In this document: one piece after another, positions 24,007 to 35,975 of the stretch | Position numbering within the stretch: position 1 is the stretch's first letter | How the letters are laid out: each line of letters starts with the position of its first letter | DNA from: Oculina patagonica | Taxonomy: Eukaryota | Length of the DNA: 64,000 nucleotides | Direction of reading: 5' to 3' | Assembly: GCF_052425735.1 (NCBI RefSeq) | Contig: NC_135758.1 | Location: forward strand, 35,712,001-35,776,000 | The notes under the pieces: model-generated | Databases searched by the model: none | Told to the model about the DNA's origin: nothing | Seen by the model: the letters and a program-made list of their open reading frames with translations, nothing else | Position numbers and translations under genes: made by a program

Positions 24007-24894
24007 ATGGAAATTTTTTTCAGTATTCTTGGCTGGTTACTTACAATCGTAACTACAGCGGGAAATGGCTTTGTATTCTTCGTTATCGCCACAAATCGCC
24101 GACTTCATTCCTCGGCAAACTGCTTCGTCCTTTCATTGGCGTTGGCCGACTTTGGTGTCGGAATCGCCGTTTTTCCATCGAGTTATTTTTGTAATTACTC
24201 AATGGCGTGCAACTCCAGGGTGTACATGGCATTCTTTTGGTTCTTCCTCCACTCTTCGGTCACAAATCTCTGCGTCTTGACTTGGGATCGTTACAACTGC
24301 ATCGTTCACCCACTCAGATACAACACCTCCATGACTGACAGACGACCTGGAGTGGTTATCTTGATAGCATGGCTGATTGCTTTCGCTATCTCACTGTCAC
24401 TTTTGGTGGGAATGTACGCCACCACATCCAACACTGCTCTGAAAGTTTTACGTTTAACCGGCGTCTCTGCTTTTGACATAATATCCTGCGTGTTGCTCTT
24501 CTATGCTGTTGTTCGTATCCTAGTTGTTGCACGTGCACAGTTACACCAAGAAACTGCCATGGAACTGCAGGTTCAGTGTAACCGCTCATCCAACTTATCC
24601 ATCGGAAACGAAACATCGAATTCTCGCAGATATACTTTCAAGCACAACACATTTCGCTTTATAATTGCTATTGTCGTGCTCTTCTTGGGATGCTACGCAG
24701 TGGTAAATTCTGTGGTTTTGTGCATGGCGTTTTCTTGCCAAGTATCCGATAATGCGGGTCAGATCGTGACTTGTCTCTTAGTTCTAAACTCCGCAGTGAA
24801 TCCTTTGGTGTACGCCTTTCTGAAGAGTGACATTAAGATGGAAATAAGCAAGCTTTTTAGCAGGGAAAACGCCGAAAGAGAAACTAGACGTTAA
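24007..24894 (+). CDS. GPCR copy 7 (295 aa)
   Basis: Complete 7TM; slightly longer ICL3. Confidence 0.94.
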   Translation: MEIFFSILGWLLTIVTTAGNGFVFFVIATNRRLHSSANCFVLSLALADFGVGIAVFPSSYFCNYSMACNSRVYMAFFWFFLHSSVTNLCVLTWDRYNCIVHPLRYNTSMTDRRPGVVILIAWLIAFAISLSLLVGMYATTSNTALKVLRLTGVSAFDIISCVLLFYAVVRILVVARAQLHQETAMELQVQCNRSSNLSIGNETSNSRRYTFKHNTFRFIIAIVVLFLGCYAVVNSVVLCMAFSCQVSDNAGQIVTCLLVLNSAVNPLVYAFLKSDIKMEISKLFSRENAERETRR

Positions 24895-26228
24895 ACTGTT
24901 CTCTTTAATATCATTCCGACTATAATCAAGACTCTGCTTATGTTTGTCCCAAAGGCCCTTTTTGTTGGGTTTTACATTTACATGTACTAATGGTTTACTT
25001 TCCTGGAAGGAAAAAGAAAACATAAATTTTTAGAAGTATATTTGCAGAGGATTTCAAAAGTCCATTATTTGTAACATGTACGCAAATATAAAACTTTATG
25101 CGATTGGAATTGGATAGTTTGGATCTAACGTCCTCAAAATTCATCTGAAAATTGCAAATTTTTTAAACATTTCTCTTTTAACGCGGTGTCAAATAATTTC
25201 CGTGTCGTTATATCACTTTCCTAGAAAAAGCATTTTTGTGAGTGTCAAAACAGGCTGACCGTCACTTATTGGCTGGCATACAGAATATATAGAAGGATCT
25301 GGATTTGAGTTTGAAGCTGTTTTTAGACCTTCTTTTGAACGACAAGAACCTCACATAAAAAAAGTGTGCCGCCTTTATTTATAAGTGTCTTCTGAAAGGC
25401 TCTTCTATGGAGTTGCCGCCAAGAAGATTTTACTTAATGTAAAAAAAAAATCAATTGCTGAATTCATCACGACTTAAAAAGCTCAAAGGCATTCAACTTT
25501 TCCTTTCTTCCCCAGATAATGCGAGACGGCCTTTGAAATGAATCCTTCTGGCGCGAACCGAGAAATAAACAATGAATATACAACATTTGCAGTTACTTAT
25601 CAAATTTACACAACAAAGGTAACAAATAATTGGCCGGCCTTTTAAACAAACAGTAGCATTATGTTAATCGGGATATCCATTTTCGTTGCCAGTGGATTTA
25701 TATTTCCTTTTTAAAAGCTTTAAAGCTCGGTTGTAAACAATAGTTGTTTTTCCCCGAGTTGACAATTTAGTAATTCCTTATACATGTAAATTGAAAAAGA
25801 AATTTATATCAAAAACCTCTCACCAAATGCAATAATTTGCTATTTCCTGAATGTTTTGGCATTTTAAAGTCACAGTTCTTTTTAATTATGAGAATGACAT
25901 GAACCGACATGCAAACTTTCCCCACTCAGTACAATCGACAAAAAAAAATAGCTCAAAATACAAATTTCAAAACGTTTTATCTGTAGAGTGAATAGACGTA
26001 TTTCAAATATTTTTCAGTTTTTAGATCCTTGTTAAAAGTTCTTTCAAAGAGTATCGTCTTTCATTAGATATCTCATCAGTATTAAAAAAGCCAAAATTTG
26101 GTACCAATTTCGTGGCGTCATTTTTCCCAAAAACGTAAAAACTACAAACAAAGTTTTAATTGACTTGAAACTCAGGAAGTTAATTATTCACATAGTGCAC
26201 CTTTTGGCGTCAATCTGTATTTGGCAAC

Positions 26229-26325
26229 GCTGGCCAAATACTCAGTTACTTCTAGTTTTCAAATCCCCAGTTAATCCTTTGGTTTACAGGTTTTTGAACA
26301 GAGACATTAAGAGGGGAAAAAGGCA
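26229..26325 (+). pseudogene. GPCR 3' relic (TM7/helix 8)
   Basis: gctggccaaatactc...gttaatcctttggtttacaggtttttgaacagagacattaagagg = AGQIL...VNPLVYRFLNRDIKR. Confidence 0.75.
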
Positions 26326-26579
26326 ACTGAATTAAAACAACCATTATATGAAAATGTATGTTTATTGATCAAAATACCAAAGAAGAACAAATGCCCCCCC
26401 CCCCCCCCCTGGAATTCCTAGGACTTGGATTTTTCGTTTCATTTTCTGTGGTATCTTGACTTGACATTGATTCAGACATATTGATATTTTTTTTATAAAT
26501 AGCCTGTATTTACAACTAAAATGCGAAAAAGATAATGCTGTTTTAACAGCTCCAACACTATTAAGCCAATAAAAAACAC

Positions 26580-26778
26580 GCCATGCACTAAAACCCTAAA
26601 CGAAACAAAGCGAAAAGGTTGGCCTCTGTAAATAGCACTCCAGTTAGACTGAATAGCACTCCGGTTGGCCTTAATAACGCTCCTGAAGGTTAGCCTGTTT
26701 ACGGTTAGCTCTCAATAATGGTAATGGGTTTTGCTTGTTTTCGGTGGTTCCGTTTCGTTTCGAGTTTTAGTGCATGCC
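26580..26778. mobile_element. MITE (~200 bp)
   Basis: TIR gccatgcactaaaaccctaaacgaaac / gtttcgtttcgagttttagtgcatgcc. Confidence 0.7.
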
Positions 26779-28287
26779 TAATTTTCGATATTGCTAATTA
26801 TGTATAGATGGCCATTGCTGAGATTGAAACAAACGCATCAACAGTCTAAATCCTTCTTTTCGGCACTAAAGATGCACAATTTGATCACTTTCCTGATCCT
26901 TTTTCAATTTTATAAAATATATTTAGTGAATAAACTGTATACAGCTATTTCAATTAACGTTGTCCGGATCAAAGCTTAAAGACAAGACTGAAAGGCAGTA
27001 TGGGTAGAAGAAGAGGGCAACTGCACGTGCTGAATACTAAAATATATAATGACATGACAAACGCGAATTTGCACGTTTTCTATTTCTTCAGACATGTGAA
27101 ACAAGGTGGTTTTAGCCACACTGAATTTAAGGAGAATTTTCAAAACTCAGAACCAAGCGACAGTGAAGGTAAAGCTACAGAAAGTCCTCCTGAGAGGAAA
27201 AAACAAACTTTTGAATTCTCCACGTGCGATGATGCTTAATGAAGCTTATATGCAAATTTGTAGTGAATACCCAGAACGCCATACGGTCTTGCCTTTTAGC
27301 TTTAAGCTTTGACCCGACAACGTTTATTGAAATAGCTGTATTTAGCGAGGTAAATAAGTGCCATTTTGTGCGAGTACTCTACAAATTCGAGCCAACATGG
27401 CACTGTAAGGATTATGGTCGTCGTCGATGTTATTCATCACGTAAAGAAGGGATTTATACACATTTTGTTCTATTTTTTTACGCAAAGAACACAGTACTAC
27501 GTAAATGTATGTTAACTGGGCGCGGCTTACAAATAAGGGAACTGAATTACAGCTACACCGTCACCTGGCATATAATTTAAATGTCGATACAAATATTGTC
27601 AGTTAAGTCGATTCAGCGTCGTCTATACTGTAGGCAGAAACCTGGGGCTTTTTTATCCAAAGCCAAAATCCGCCATTATAATGTGTTAACCTTGTCTATT
27701 ATACAAGTGCAATTATATTAGCCCACTATCAGCGAAAATCTCTGTGGCCGGAAAATAGAAGGTCGTAATTAGTAACATGTATACAAATACAGAACTAGCG
27801 TTAATTTAAAATACATTATATCCCTCAAAAAATGCTACATAAACGTAATTCACAGTTATCATCTTGATCTTTTATTCGCTTTTTCTTTTTCGCTTTTTAT
27901 TTTCTTTTTCTGGCTCACGGGCGTTTTATTCGGGAAAAATTGACAAAATTATTGGTAAAGCTGGTTATATGACCGCTGGCGCCCCAGCTCGAGTCTTTTC
28001 ACTGAAAAGCAAAGATTACATCTTACGGCCTGAGTCTTTCCAAAGTAGAGCCTGATTTACCGCAACTTAGGGATTAGAATTAGTGTTAGTCTTGATTTTA
28101 TAAGTAGGTATACAGGGTCCAAAAGCGGGGAGAAGGAGGGGATGGCTGCAACCCCGGAGCCTTAAACGTTTCGCAGTGGAGCTCCCTATCATTTTGCTAC
28201 CGAGCGTGGAGCCTTGAAAACGATTTCCACAGAACCAGAGGCCCTGGAGCTTGATCGAAACGTTTCTAGGTCCGACGCCCTAATTAA

Positions 28288-28873
28288 GCCTACCGCACAC
28301 TTGAGCATCTAGCTGAGCTAACCGCCTCGCGTGCCGTTTGCTCAGTAGATTTCTCTCGTGTGCGAACCGTTTTTCGTGAGAATTTGCCTCGCGAGGCCTT
28401 GAGGAAAATATCTATCGTGTTTGATATTTTTTGCCTCGCGAGGCAAGATCCTCAATGTGTGCGGGCGACATAAGAAACTTGCTCAGCCAGATATATCAAC
28501 TAACCAATAAACACACGCAGAATGCTTACGTGCTTCAACATGGCGGCTTCCGAATCAAACTTGCTAAGCACTTTCCTCACTGTCTGCGGCAAAATGTGCA
28601 GTGAATAAATGGCTGAGCAAACGGGCACGTGAGGTGAATAGCTCAGCTAGTTGCTCTAGTGTGCGGGCGACATAAGAAACTTGCTCAGCCAGATATATCA
28701 ACTGACCAATAAACACACGTAGAATGCTCACGTGCTTCAACATGGCGGCTTCCGAATCAAACTTGCTAAGCACTTTCCTCACTGTCTGCGGCAAAATGTG
28801 CAGTGAATAAATGGCTGAGCAAAGGGGCACGTGAGGTGAATAGCTCAGCTAGTTGCTCTAGTGTGCGGCTGGC
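28288..28873. mobile_element. TTAA-flanked TIR element with a 202-bp tandem duplication of its right end
   Basis: ~60-bp imperfect TIRs gcctaccgcacacttgagcatctagctgagct / agctcagctagttgctctagtgtgcggctggc; TTAA at 28284-28287 and 28874-28877; repeat units start at 28457 and 28659. Confidence 0.8.
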
Positions 28874-30364
28874 TTAAGGGGTCCTGCAAAATGCATCTTA
28901 TCTGTCTTCCCCGCAACAAAAACGAAAAGGATGAAATGAGTTGAAAGTTGAGCAGTCATCTAAACTGAAGACGAACTATGTTGATTTTCCTTGTCTCTGT
29001 CAAGGCTCAGTGCAATTTATAATGGGACGCAATACAGGGATTGAAAACAACTTTTTCTTTCACATCAATAATAATTAACTCTCAGTTCAAAATTCCATTT
29101 CAGTTATATTATGCTTGGGTTTCCTATGATCGAAAACAACACTCCAAGGCCTCAAGCATGCAAGCAATAACGACCGGGTTATTTTATTGGGTATAATCTC
29201 AATTCTTGTTATTATCAAACATTCAAAAAGTGGGCAGTGCATTATTTTAAACTTTTGAGTTGTTCTCGAAGTTTCGGAAGTTTCGGTTGCCTTCTCCACT
29301 TAGCTTCTTATTTATGCCATGGATAGCACCTGCCAGCTTTTGTCAACACGTATTACACCGCCTTTTAAATATAACGCGGCCAACGATAGACAAAAGCCGT
29401 AAAAACGGATAAAGGTTGAGGGATCCTTAGAGTCAAATAAATGCGCAAATGTTTATCAAAGATATGTCCGTCAATGGTTCATGTGGTAAAAGTAAGCAAT
29501 TAAGAGAAAATCCGCCAGGACTTCGAGTAGTTATTGGACAAAATTATGTACCAAAACTATTTACACCTTATTGCAAACGTTTTTGTAACTGCTTCAAATA
29601 TCTTATCAAAAGAAATCTTTTCTAACAACACCAAACATCGAAAACAAATTCTATGAATTCCAATGAATTGCTTAAGACGAATTTACAAAATGGCTACACG
29701 TGAGATTTTGCCTATACCTTGTGAACTTTGAAATTCATTTTCTCAGACTCTGATAAGAAATTGTTGTTGGTGTTATCACGGAAAATTACTTACATCTTTA
29801 CCTTTTATTAAGGGTAGGAAATAACGCGATAGGATTTAAATTATTCTGGTACTTGATTTTTGTCCAACTTTAATAAATATTACTCGACTTCCTAGTGGAT
29901 TCCGTCTTAATAACATTACGGTGCTAAGTGTTACACGCATTGAAAGGCACCCATTGATGATATCAAAAGTGTTCGTACCTCTAATTTGATGGCTATTAAA
30001 GACATTCTAAGATTAATCGTTCAGTATGTGATTACTGTAGTACGTTCAACAAGTGCTCGTTTGACTCGTACCTCAAATATCATCGGGCCCTGATATGGTA
30101 CCTCGACGCCTTTGTGGCGAGTCGGCATCAGATATGGGGAACTAAACTTCTTATAAACTGATATGGTATACGTAACTTTCCAAACTATATTAATTGCAAT
30201 AAGGCACAAAACTGACAAACATTTAACGATCAGTTCGATGATCAATTCATTGGGCTGGAAATCACATCGATTGCTGAGAAGAACAGAAGAGAAGAACAAG
30301 AGCTAAACGTTAAACGTTTACAAAGATATTCTTGGAACTAGTCTGATTAACGAACGTGGCTTTA

Positions 30365-31228
30365 ATGGAAGGTTTGTTCAATGCATTCGGCTGGTTACTT
30401 TCAATCGTAGCAGTATCGGGAAATGGCTTTGTAGTCTTTCTTGTCGCCAAAAATCGCCGACTGCATTCCTCGGCCAACTGGTTCGTCCTTTCCTTGGCAG
30501 TGGCCGACTTTTGTGTTGGCATCGCCGTTTTTCCATCGAGTTATTTTTGTATTAATTCAATGGCGTGTAATTTAAGGGTGTACATCGCATTCTTTTGGTT
30601 CTTCGTTCACTCTTCGGTCACAAATCTTTGTACTTTGACTTGGGACCGTTACAACGCCATCATTCATCCTTTCAAATACAATACCTCCATAACTAAAAGA
30701 CGCCCTGGGATGGTTATCTTGGCAGCATGGCTAATTGCCTTCTCGACATTGCTGTTGCTTTTTGTGGAAACCTACGCCGTAGAATCCAAAACTTTCAAGA
30801 AAATTTTACGAATAGCTAGCGTGTCTGTCTTTGACATCATATCCTGCGCTCTGCTTCTATACGCCGTTGTTCGCATCCTTATGGTTGCACGTGCACGATC
30901 ACACCAGGAACCTACAACAGAACTGCAAGTTCAGTCTTACCACTTACCCATCGAAGCAGGAAACTCGCGCAGACATAGGATACAAAGCTCAGTTCCCTTC
31001 ATAATTGCCATTGTCGTGTTCTTCTTGGGATGCTACATGGTGGTAAATTCTTTAGTATTGTGCAATACGTTTTCTTGCCAAGTTTCCGATATTGCTGGCC
31101 AGGTCGTCACTTGTCTCTTGGTTCTGAACTCTGCAGCAAATCCTTTGGTTTACGCGTTGTTGAAGAGGGACATGAAGAAGGAAATAAGCAAGATTATTTA
31201 CAAGGGAAACAACAATCGAGCTAGCTAA
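30365..31228 (+). CDS. GPCR copy 9 (287 aa), type-B ECL2
   Basis: ATG at 30365; complete 7TM; TM4-ECL2 FSTLLLLFVETYAVESKT. Confidence 0.93.
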   Translation: MEGLFNAFGWLLSIVAVSGNGFVVFLVAKNRRLHSSANWFVLSLAVADFCVGIAVFPSSYFCINSMACNLRVYIAFFWFFVHSSVTNLCTLTWDRYNAIIHPFKYNTSITKRRPGMVILAAWLIAFSTLLLLFVETYAVESKTFKKILRIASVSVFDIISCALLLYAVVRILMVARARSHQEPTTELQVQSYHLPIEAGNSRRHRIQSSVPFIIAIVVFFLGCYMVVNSLVLCNTFSCQVSDIAGQVVTCLLVLNSAANPLVYALLKRDMKKEISKIIYKGNNNRAS

Positions 31229-31518
31229 ATAGATGCATCAACCACAACAACCGTTATTTCAAGCACTGAATAACAGTAAGATAAGAAAACTGCTCAGCGG
31301 TTCAACTTTGAGCACGAATCTGGTTAAAAGTTCAGTGCTAAGATGCCGAGTGCGTCCTTGAAGAATAAACTGAGAGACACGTTAACGTCGTTCTAGATTG
31401 TCGTACATGTACTTACAGGAAGTCACTTCATTGTTATCATTTAAAAACTAATTTAGGTATGTCCCACTTATAAATAGACGTCTAAGCATGCTCTTTTCAG
31501 TTTTAATCTAGAACTTAA

Positions 31519-33506
31519 GAGGCTGTATCTGTAATAGTGGTCTGCCCGATCTGGCTTGTTAAATAGATTTCGCTCTTTTCTAGTGTGTTGCAAGACTTTC
31601 ATGTACTTATACTAAAAACACAATTCACTTGACCGGATCATTAATTTTTTTCGAGTTTTTAAGGATTTTCGGTTCACCCGAACGAGCACTTGTAACGACT
31701 ACTGTCAAGGCTTAAATTTACCACAACTTTGAACATTAATTAAAAAAGAACTATCAACTTCTGTACCAAACAAACACTACAGCCTGTTAAATTATGTCTT
31801 TTTAATATATCACACCAACTTTCACGAACATTGAGCTCGAATCAAGCTAGCAGCAAAACATTAATGACACCCCTATCACACACCTTGATGAAACACTTGA
31901 AAACGGCTCAGATTCAAACTTTATTTTTGAAAAAGTGAGGCGGTCTACTTCAATCAAACCAACGCAGCCGAAAAGTAGATGTAATAGAAAATGTTCCTAT
32001 CGAAAAAAACCTTTTGGTATCGTCTTAATGAAATATTTACAGTTGTGTAAACTTGCCCAATTTCGAAGATCTTCATGTTTGCAGCCATTTTGAGGGACTC
32101 GTCAGGACGAGGAGTTTCATCAACTGGCCTCGCAGACATACCTCACACCTTCAGAAATAAACAAAGATTAGATATAAAGGCAGTGCAGTTCAACTGAAAG
32201 AGAATAAATCGTGTTTAAAAATGGAAGCTCGACTTACATTTTGACTGTTACGGACGTCTACGGACGTACGGTTGTTATTATTGGAATTTCGCTCGATGAT
32301 TCCACTAGAAATAACAATATTTGACATACAAACTTAACTTCGACTTAATGTAACCTATGAATCAGCTCAAGGCAGTAACTTTGTGCTTTTCCTTCCTTAC
32401 TGGCGTACAGCAAAGATTTTCCATCGCAAAACGTTGAACGTCGAAGAAACAGCTGAAGAAACGGCCTGTCGGTCACTACTTCATGTATGAGGCACTATAC
32501 GGTACACATACGGTACACAACGGTACTCCATACATGAAGTATATAACCGACCAATCGATAAACATGTCAGTTAACGTTTGGTCTTCTTTACCTGATGCTT
32601 GCTGTTTTGTCGTGAAAACAACTTCGCTGTACGCCGGTAAAGAAGGGAAAGCACGAGGTTACTACCTTTAACTGATTCAAACGCTACATTCAGTCAAAGT
32701 CTGCGTGTCAAATATTGTTATTTGTTGTGGAATCATCAAGCGAAATTCGAACAAGAATGACCTTACGCCCGTAGAAATCGTTGAAATGTAAGTCGAGCTT
32801 CCATTTTTAAACACGATTTATTCTCTTTCAGTTGAACTGCAATGCATTTATATCTAATCTTTGTTTATTTCTGATGGTGTTAGGTATGTCTGCGAGGCCA
32901 GTTGATTAAACTCCTCGTCCTGACGAGTCCCTCAAAATTGCTGCAAACATGAAGATCTTCGAAATTGGGCAAGTTTACACAGCTGTAAATATTTCATTAA
33001 GACGATACCAAAAGGTTTTTTTCGATAGGAACATTTTCTATTACATCTACTTTTCGGCTGCGTTGGTTTGATTGAAGTAGACCGCCTCACTTTTTCAAAA
33101 ATAAAGTTTGAATCTGAGCCGTTTTCAAGTGTTTCATCAAGGTGTGTGATAGGGGTGTCGTTAATGTTTTGCTGCTAGCTTGATTCGAGCTCAATGTTCG
33201 TGAAAGTTGGTGTGATGAATTAAAAAGACATAATTTAACAGGCTGTAGTGTTTGTTTGTTACAGATATTGATAGTTCTTTTTCAATTAATTTTCAAAGTT
33301 GTGGTAAATTTAAGCCTTGACAGTAGTCGTTACAAGTGCTCGTTCGGGTGAACCGAAAATCCTTAAAAACTCGAAAAAAATTAATGATCCGGTCAAGTGA
33401 ATTGTGTTTTTAGTATAAGTACATGAAAGTCTTGCAACACACTAGAAAAGAGCGAAATCTATTTAACAAGCCAGATCGGGCAGACCACTATTACAGATAC
33501 AGCCTC
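31519..33506. mobile_element. Foldback DNA element with 723-bp TIRs and TTAA TSD (Kolobok-like, non-autonomous)
   Basis: Arms 31519-32241 and 32784-33506 are near-perfect reverse complements; TTAA at 31515-31518 and 33507-33510; termini GAGG...CCTC. Confidence 0.9.
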
Positions 33507-33582
33507 TTAAACATCCGTACGTCTGAGCCCGGTTGTTCGAAATCGGTTTGTCGTTTATCTGGCATTACAAGTTAGCAAAGGT

Positions 33583-33924
33583 TAATAATAATAATAATGA
33601 CGGTATTTATATAGCGCATTTCCATATGCTCAATGCGCTTTACAACACTTTGCGGAGGACTTAGACAGACTGCAATTAAGCAGTTTACAACGAATGAGGA
33701 TTTATTTTTACAGATGCCCCCAATGTAATTTCGGAACAAGACCAGGCCACAACACCGGGAACTCCATGCCCTACTCTTTGCGATAAGCGTGTGGGTTCTT
33801 TAACGTCCCCTGCTGACCATAACCGTGAAGATGCCATGAAGAGACGGGACCTACGGTTTATCGTCCTTATCCGAGAAGACTAGAATGTCTAACCATTTGC
33901 AGTTGTCATCACAAAGGCAGCACA

Positions 33925-33965
<41 letters not shown>

Positions 33966-34034
33966 TGGACTCGAACCCGAGACCTCCCGCACAGAAGTCC
34001 GGCGCTCTACCAACTGAGCTAACCGGTCGGCGGT
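33583..34034 (-). mobile_element. Full-length tRNA-derived SINE with Deu/Nin-like core and L2-like tail
   Basis: Minus strand: A box TAGCTCAGTTGG, B box GGTTCGAGTCC, core ggataaggacgataaaccgtaggtccc...gggacgttaaagaaccc, tail gtaaagcgcattgagc...gcgctatataaat + (ATT)n. Confidence 0.85.
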
Positions 34035-34509
34035 TGTTAGCTTGTAAAATAGGTTGTTAGCTTGTAAAATGTAAAAGGTGATATTTTAGATTTCATCGAT
34101 CATTTATTAGATTTATTGCATATTAATTTTCTGTGGACCTATTTTAAACGGAAAACTCAGATATTTTTTTCCAATTAAAAGGAGGAAAACTATCGTTGTA
34201 TATTGAGTCGAGGTTTTTGTTCAATATAATATGTTATATTCCCAGCTACTGTCGGAAAATAAAAGTATAATTTTGCAATGCGCACAAAAATAAAACTACG
34301 CTATATATAGCCTCTCATACCGGCTGTCGTACTCACTCGCTTTGTTGCTCTGCAAATGATTCCAGATAACCAGTGTAACAATAATGTGGGATGGGTAGCT
34401 CGACAATTTTTTTTCTGAAATGCAAGTGAAGACGGGACTCACTGGATTTTCATTGGTTCAATTTTCATTAACTTAAATTTAATAAATTGCTATATTTATT
34501 ATAAAGACG

Positions 34510-34747
34510 GAGCCACATCAGTTCTAGCTGGTTTTCATGCATGCGTCCTCTATCCAGATCGAATTGGAATTCGGAATCGCATGTTGGTTTTTGTGGAGGG
34601 AGTAATTATAAAACCTCGAAGAAAGGGCAGCAAAGCAAAGTCAACCCACATTATGCAAAGTCAACCCATGCACATATGGAAACGAACCAGGGTCACATCA
34701 GTGGTGGGAGGCGAGCGCTCTCACCACTTCGCCATCCTTGCCTCCCA
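34510..34747 (-). mobile_element. Degenerate tRNA-derived SINE (second family)
   Basis: Minus strand: A box TGGCGAAGTGG, B box GGTTCGTTTCC, then gtgggttgactttg...ctccctccacaaaaaccaacat. Confidence 0.65.
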
Positions 34748-34822
34748 ATTGTTTAGCTATTTATTATTCAGCTGTTGCCCACCCCAGTCGTCTCTTATGA
34801 GAAAATATAATGCAAAATATAA

Positions 34823-35076
34823 ATAGAGGATATTACACGGCGGCGCGAAGATATGAATTTTAATTTCGAGTGGTGAGGAATATTTTACGAATGAGCGCAG
34901 CGAATGAGTAAAATTTTGCCTTTACCACGAGAAAATAAAATTCATATCTTCAAGCCACCGAATAATTTTATTTTTATTATATAGTCAAAAAACATGCATG
35001 AAGTAAAAGTAAAACACGCCACTACAGTCCCGGATGCAGTTTCGTATGAATATTACGAGTGGTCTATTTTCCAGTA
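34823..35076 (+). mobile_element. Element E2: short element with GA-mismatch hairpin
   Basis: Hairpin 34838-34960 with three GA/GA mismatches and GC-GCA-GC apex; begins aatagagga like E1; right boundary uncertain. Confidence 0.65.
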
Positions 35077-35244
35077 TTTTTTTGTTTGTTTTTCACCTTT
35101 AGGCGTGAAAATAAAAATCGTTTATTGCTCGAGGAAAACAATAATGGCGATCAGCAAATTTTATCAACCAATAAACCTGATTTACGTAATAAAACTGCCG
35201 TTAGCACCGCCGGGCAGTCTTTTTTTTTTGTCTTATGTCATATA

Positions 35245-35975
35245 TTTTGCAGGAGAAATATTCATCAAAAATCCACAATCCATAGTCACTGCTTCTTTCT
35301 AGAGTCTTTTAAAAACTGTTTAAAAACTTTGCACCTCCAGCCACGACCAATGATCTTGAGGTTCGGTGGTAAATATAACTTTCTAATTAAAGTAATATAA
35401 ACATTACAATAATGCTGTTGCTGTATATAAATATTGCAGTAGCAAAGTTGTCAACTACGGAACGCTTATAGACCATGGGTTGTCGATATACAGTTCCATG
35501 CTGTTATGAAGACGTCCATTTTCATTGGTATATTGGAATAATTTGGCCTTTTACATGCAAAATTTTAAGACAATTGCCATTGTAAGCGACAATCATGACA
35601 ATGTGGAGTTGAAAAGTGCAATTTCATGGAAATTTTATGATCGATAATCTATACATCCAGAAACCTCTCGCACGTAATTTATAAACGCAGTAGAAACGAC
35701 GATCTTCGGAAAACCGTGCCTTTCCAATTCATATCATGATCATAGACTTGGGCTTTGTTAGAAAAAAGCGACAATTTGAATCATTTGTTCACGGTCAGCT
35801 GTAATGTCGGAAAACATCGTTCAAAACTTGTCCTAAAAAACACATCGATAACTGCGATAACGTTCTGCTAAAGCCAGATTAGCTATCAATCATCTTGACT
35901 GCCTGCTCATCGTTTAAATCATCAAACGCCGTCAAGCTGGTTCAACATTATTGCTGGTGAATTTCAATCCTAAAG
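35245..35975 (+). pseudogene. Duplicated upstream region plus GPCR 5' relic
   Basis: 35245-35930 aligns by eye to 36762-37415 (upstream of copy 10) and ends in ctggttcaacattattgctggtgaatttcaatc, similar to the first codons of copy 10. Confidence 0.65.

Noticed and set aside
32590-32671. THAP-like start (PDACCFVV...) in the foldback spacer
   Set aside because: Remaining THAP C/H residues are not recognisable; too weak to call
32060-32950. Hammerhead ribozyme core (ctgacgagtcc...) in the foldback arms
   Set aside because: No correctly placed stem II partner followed by GAAA and no room for stems I/III; ctcgtc-ct-gacgag is just a small palindrome
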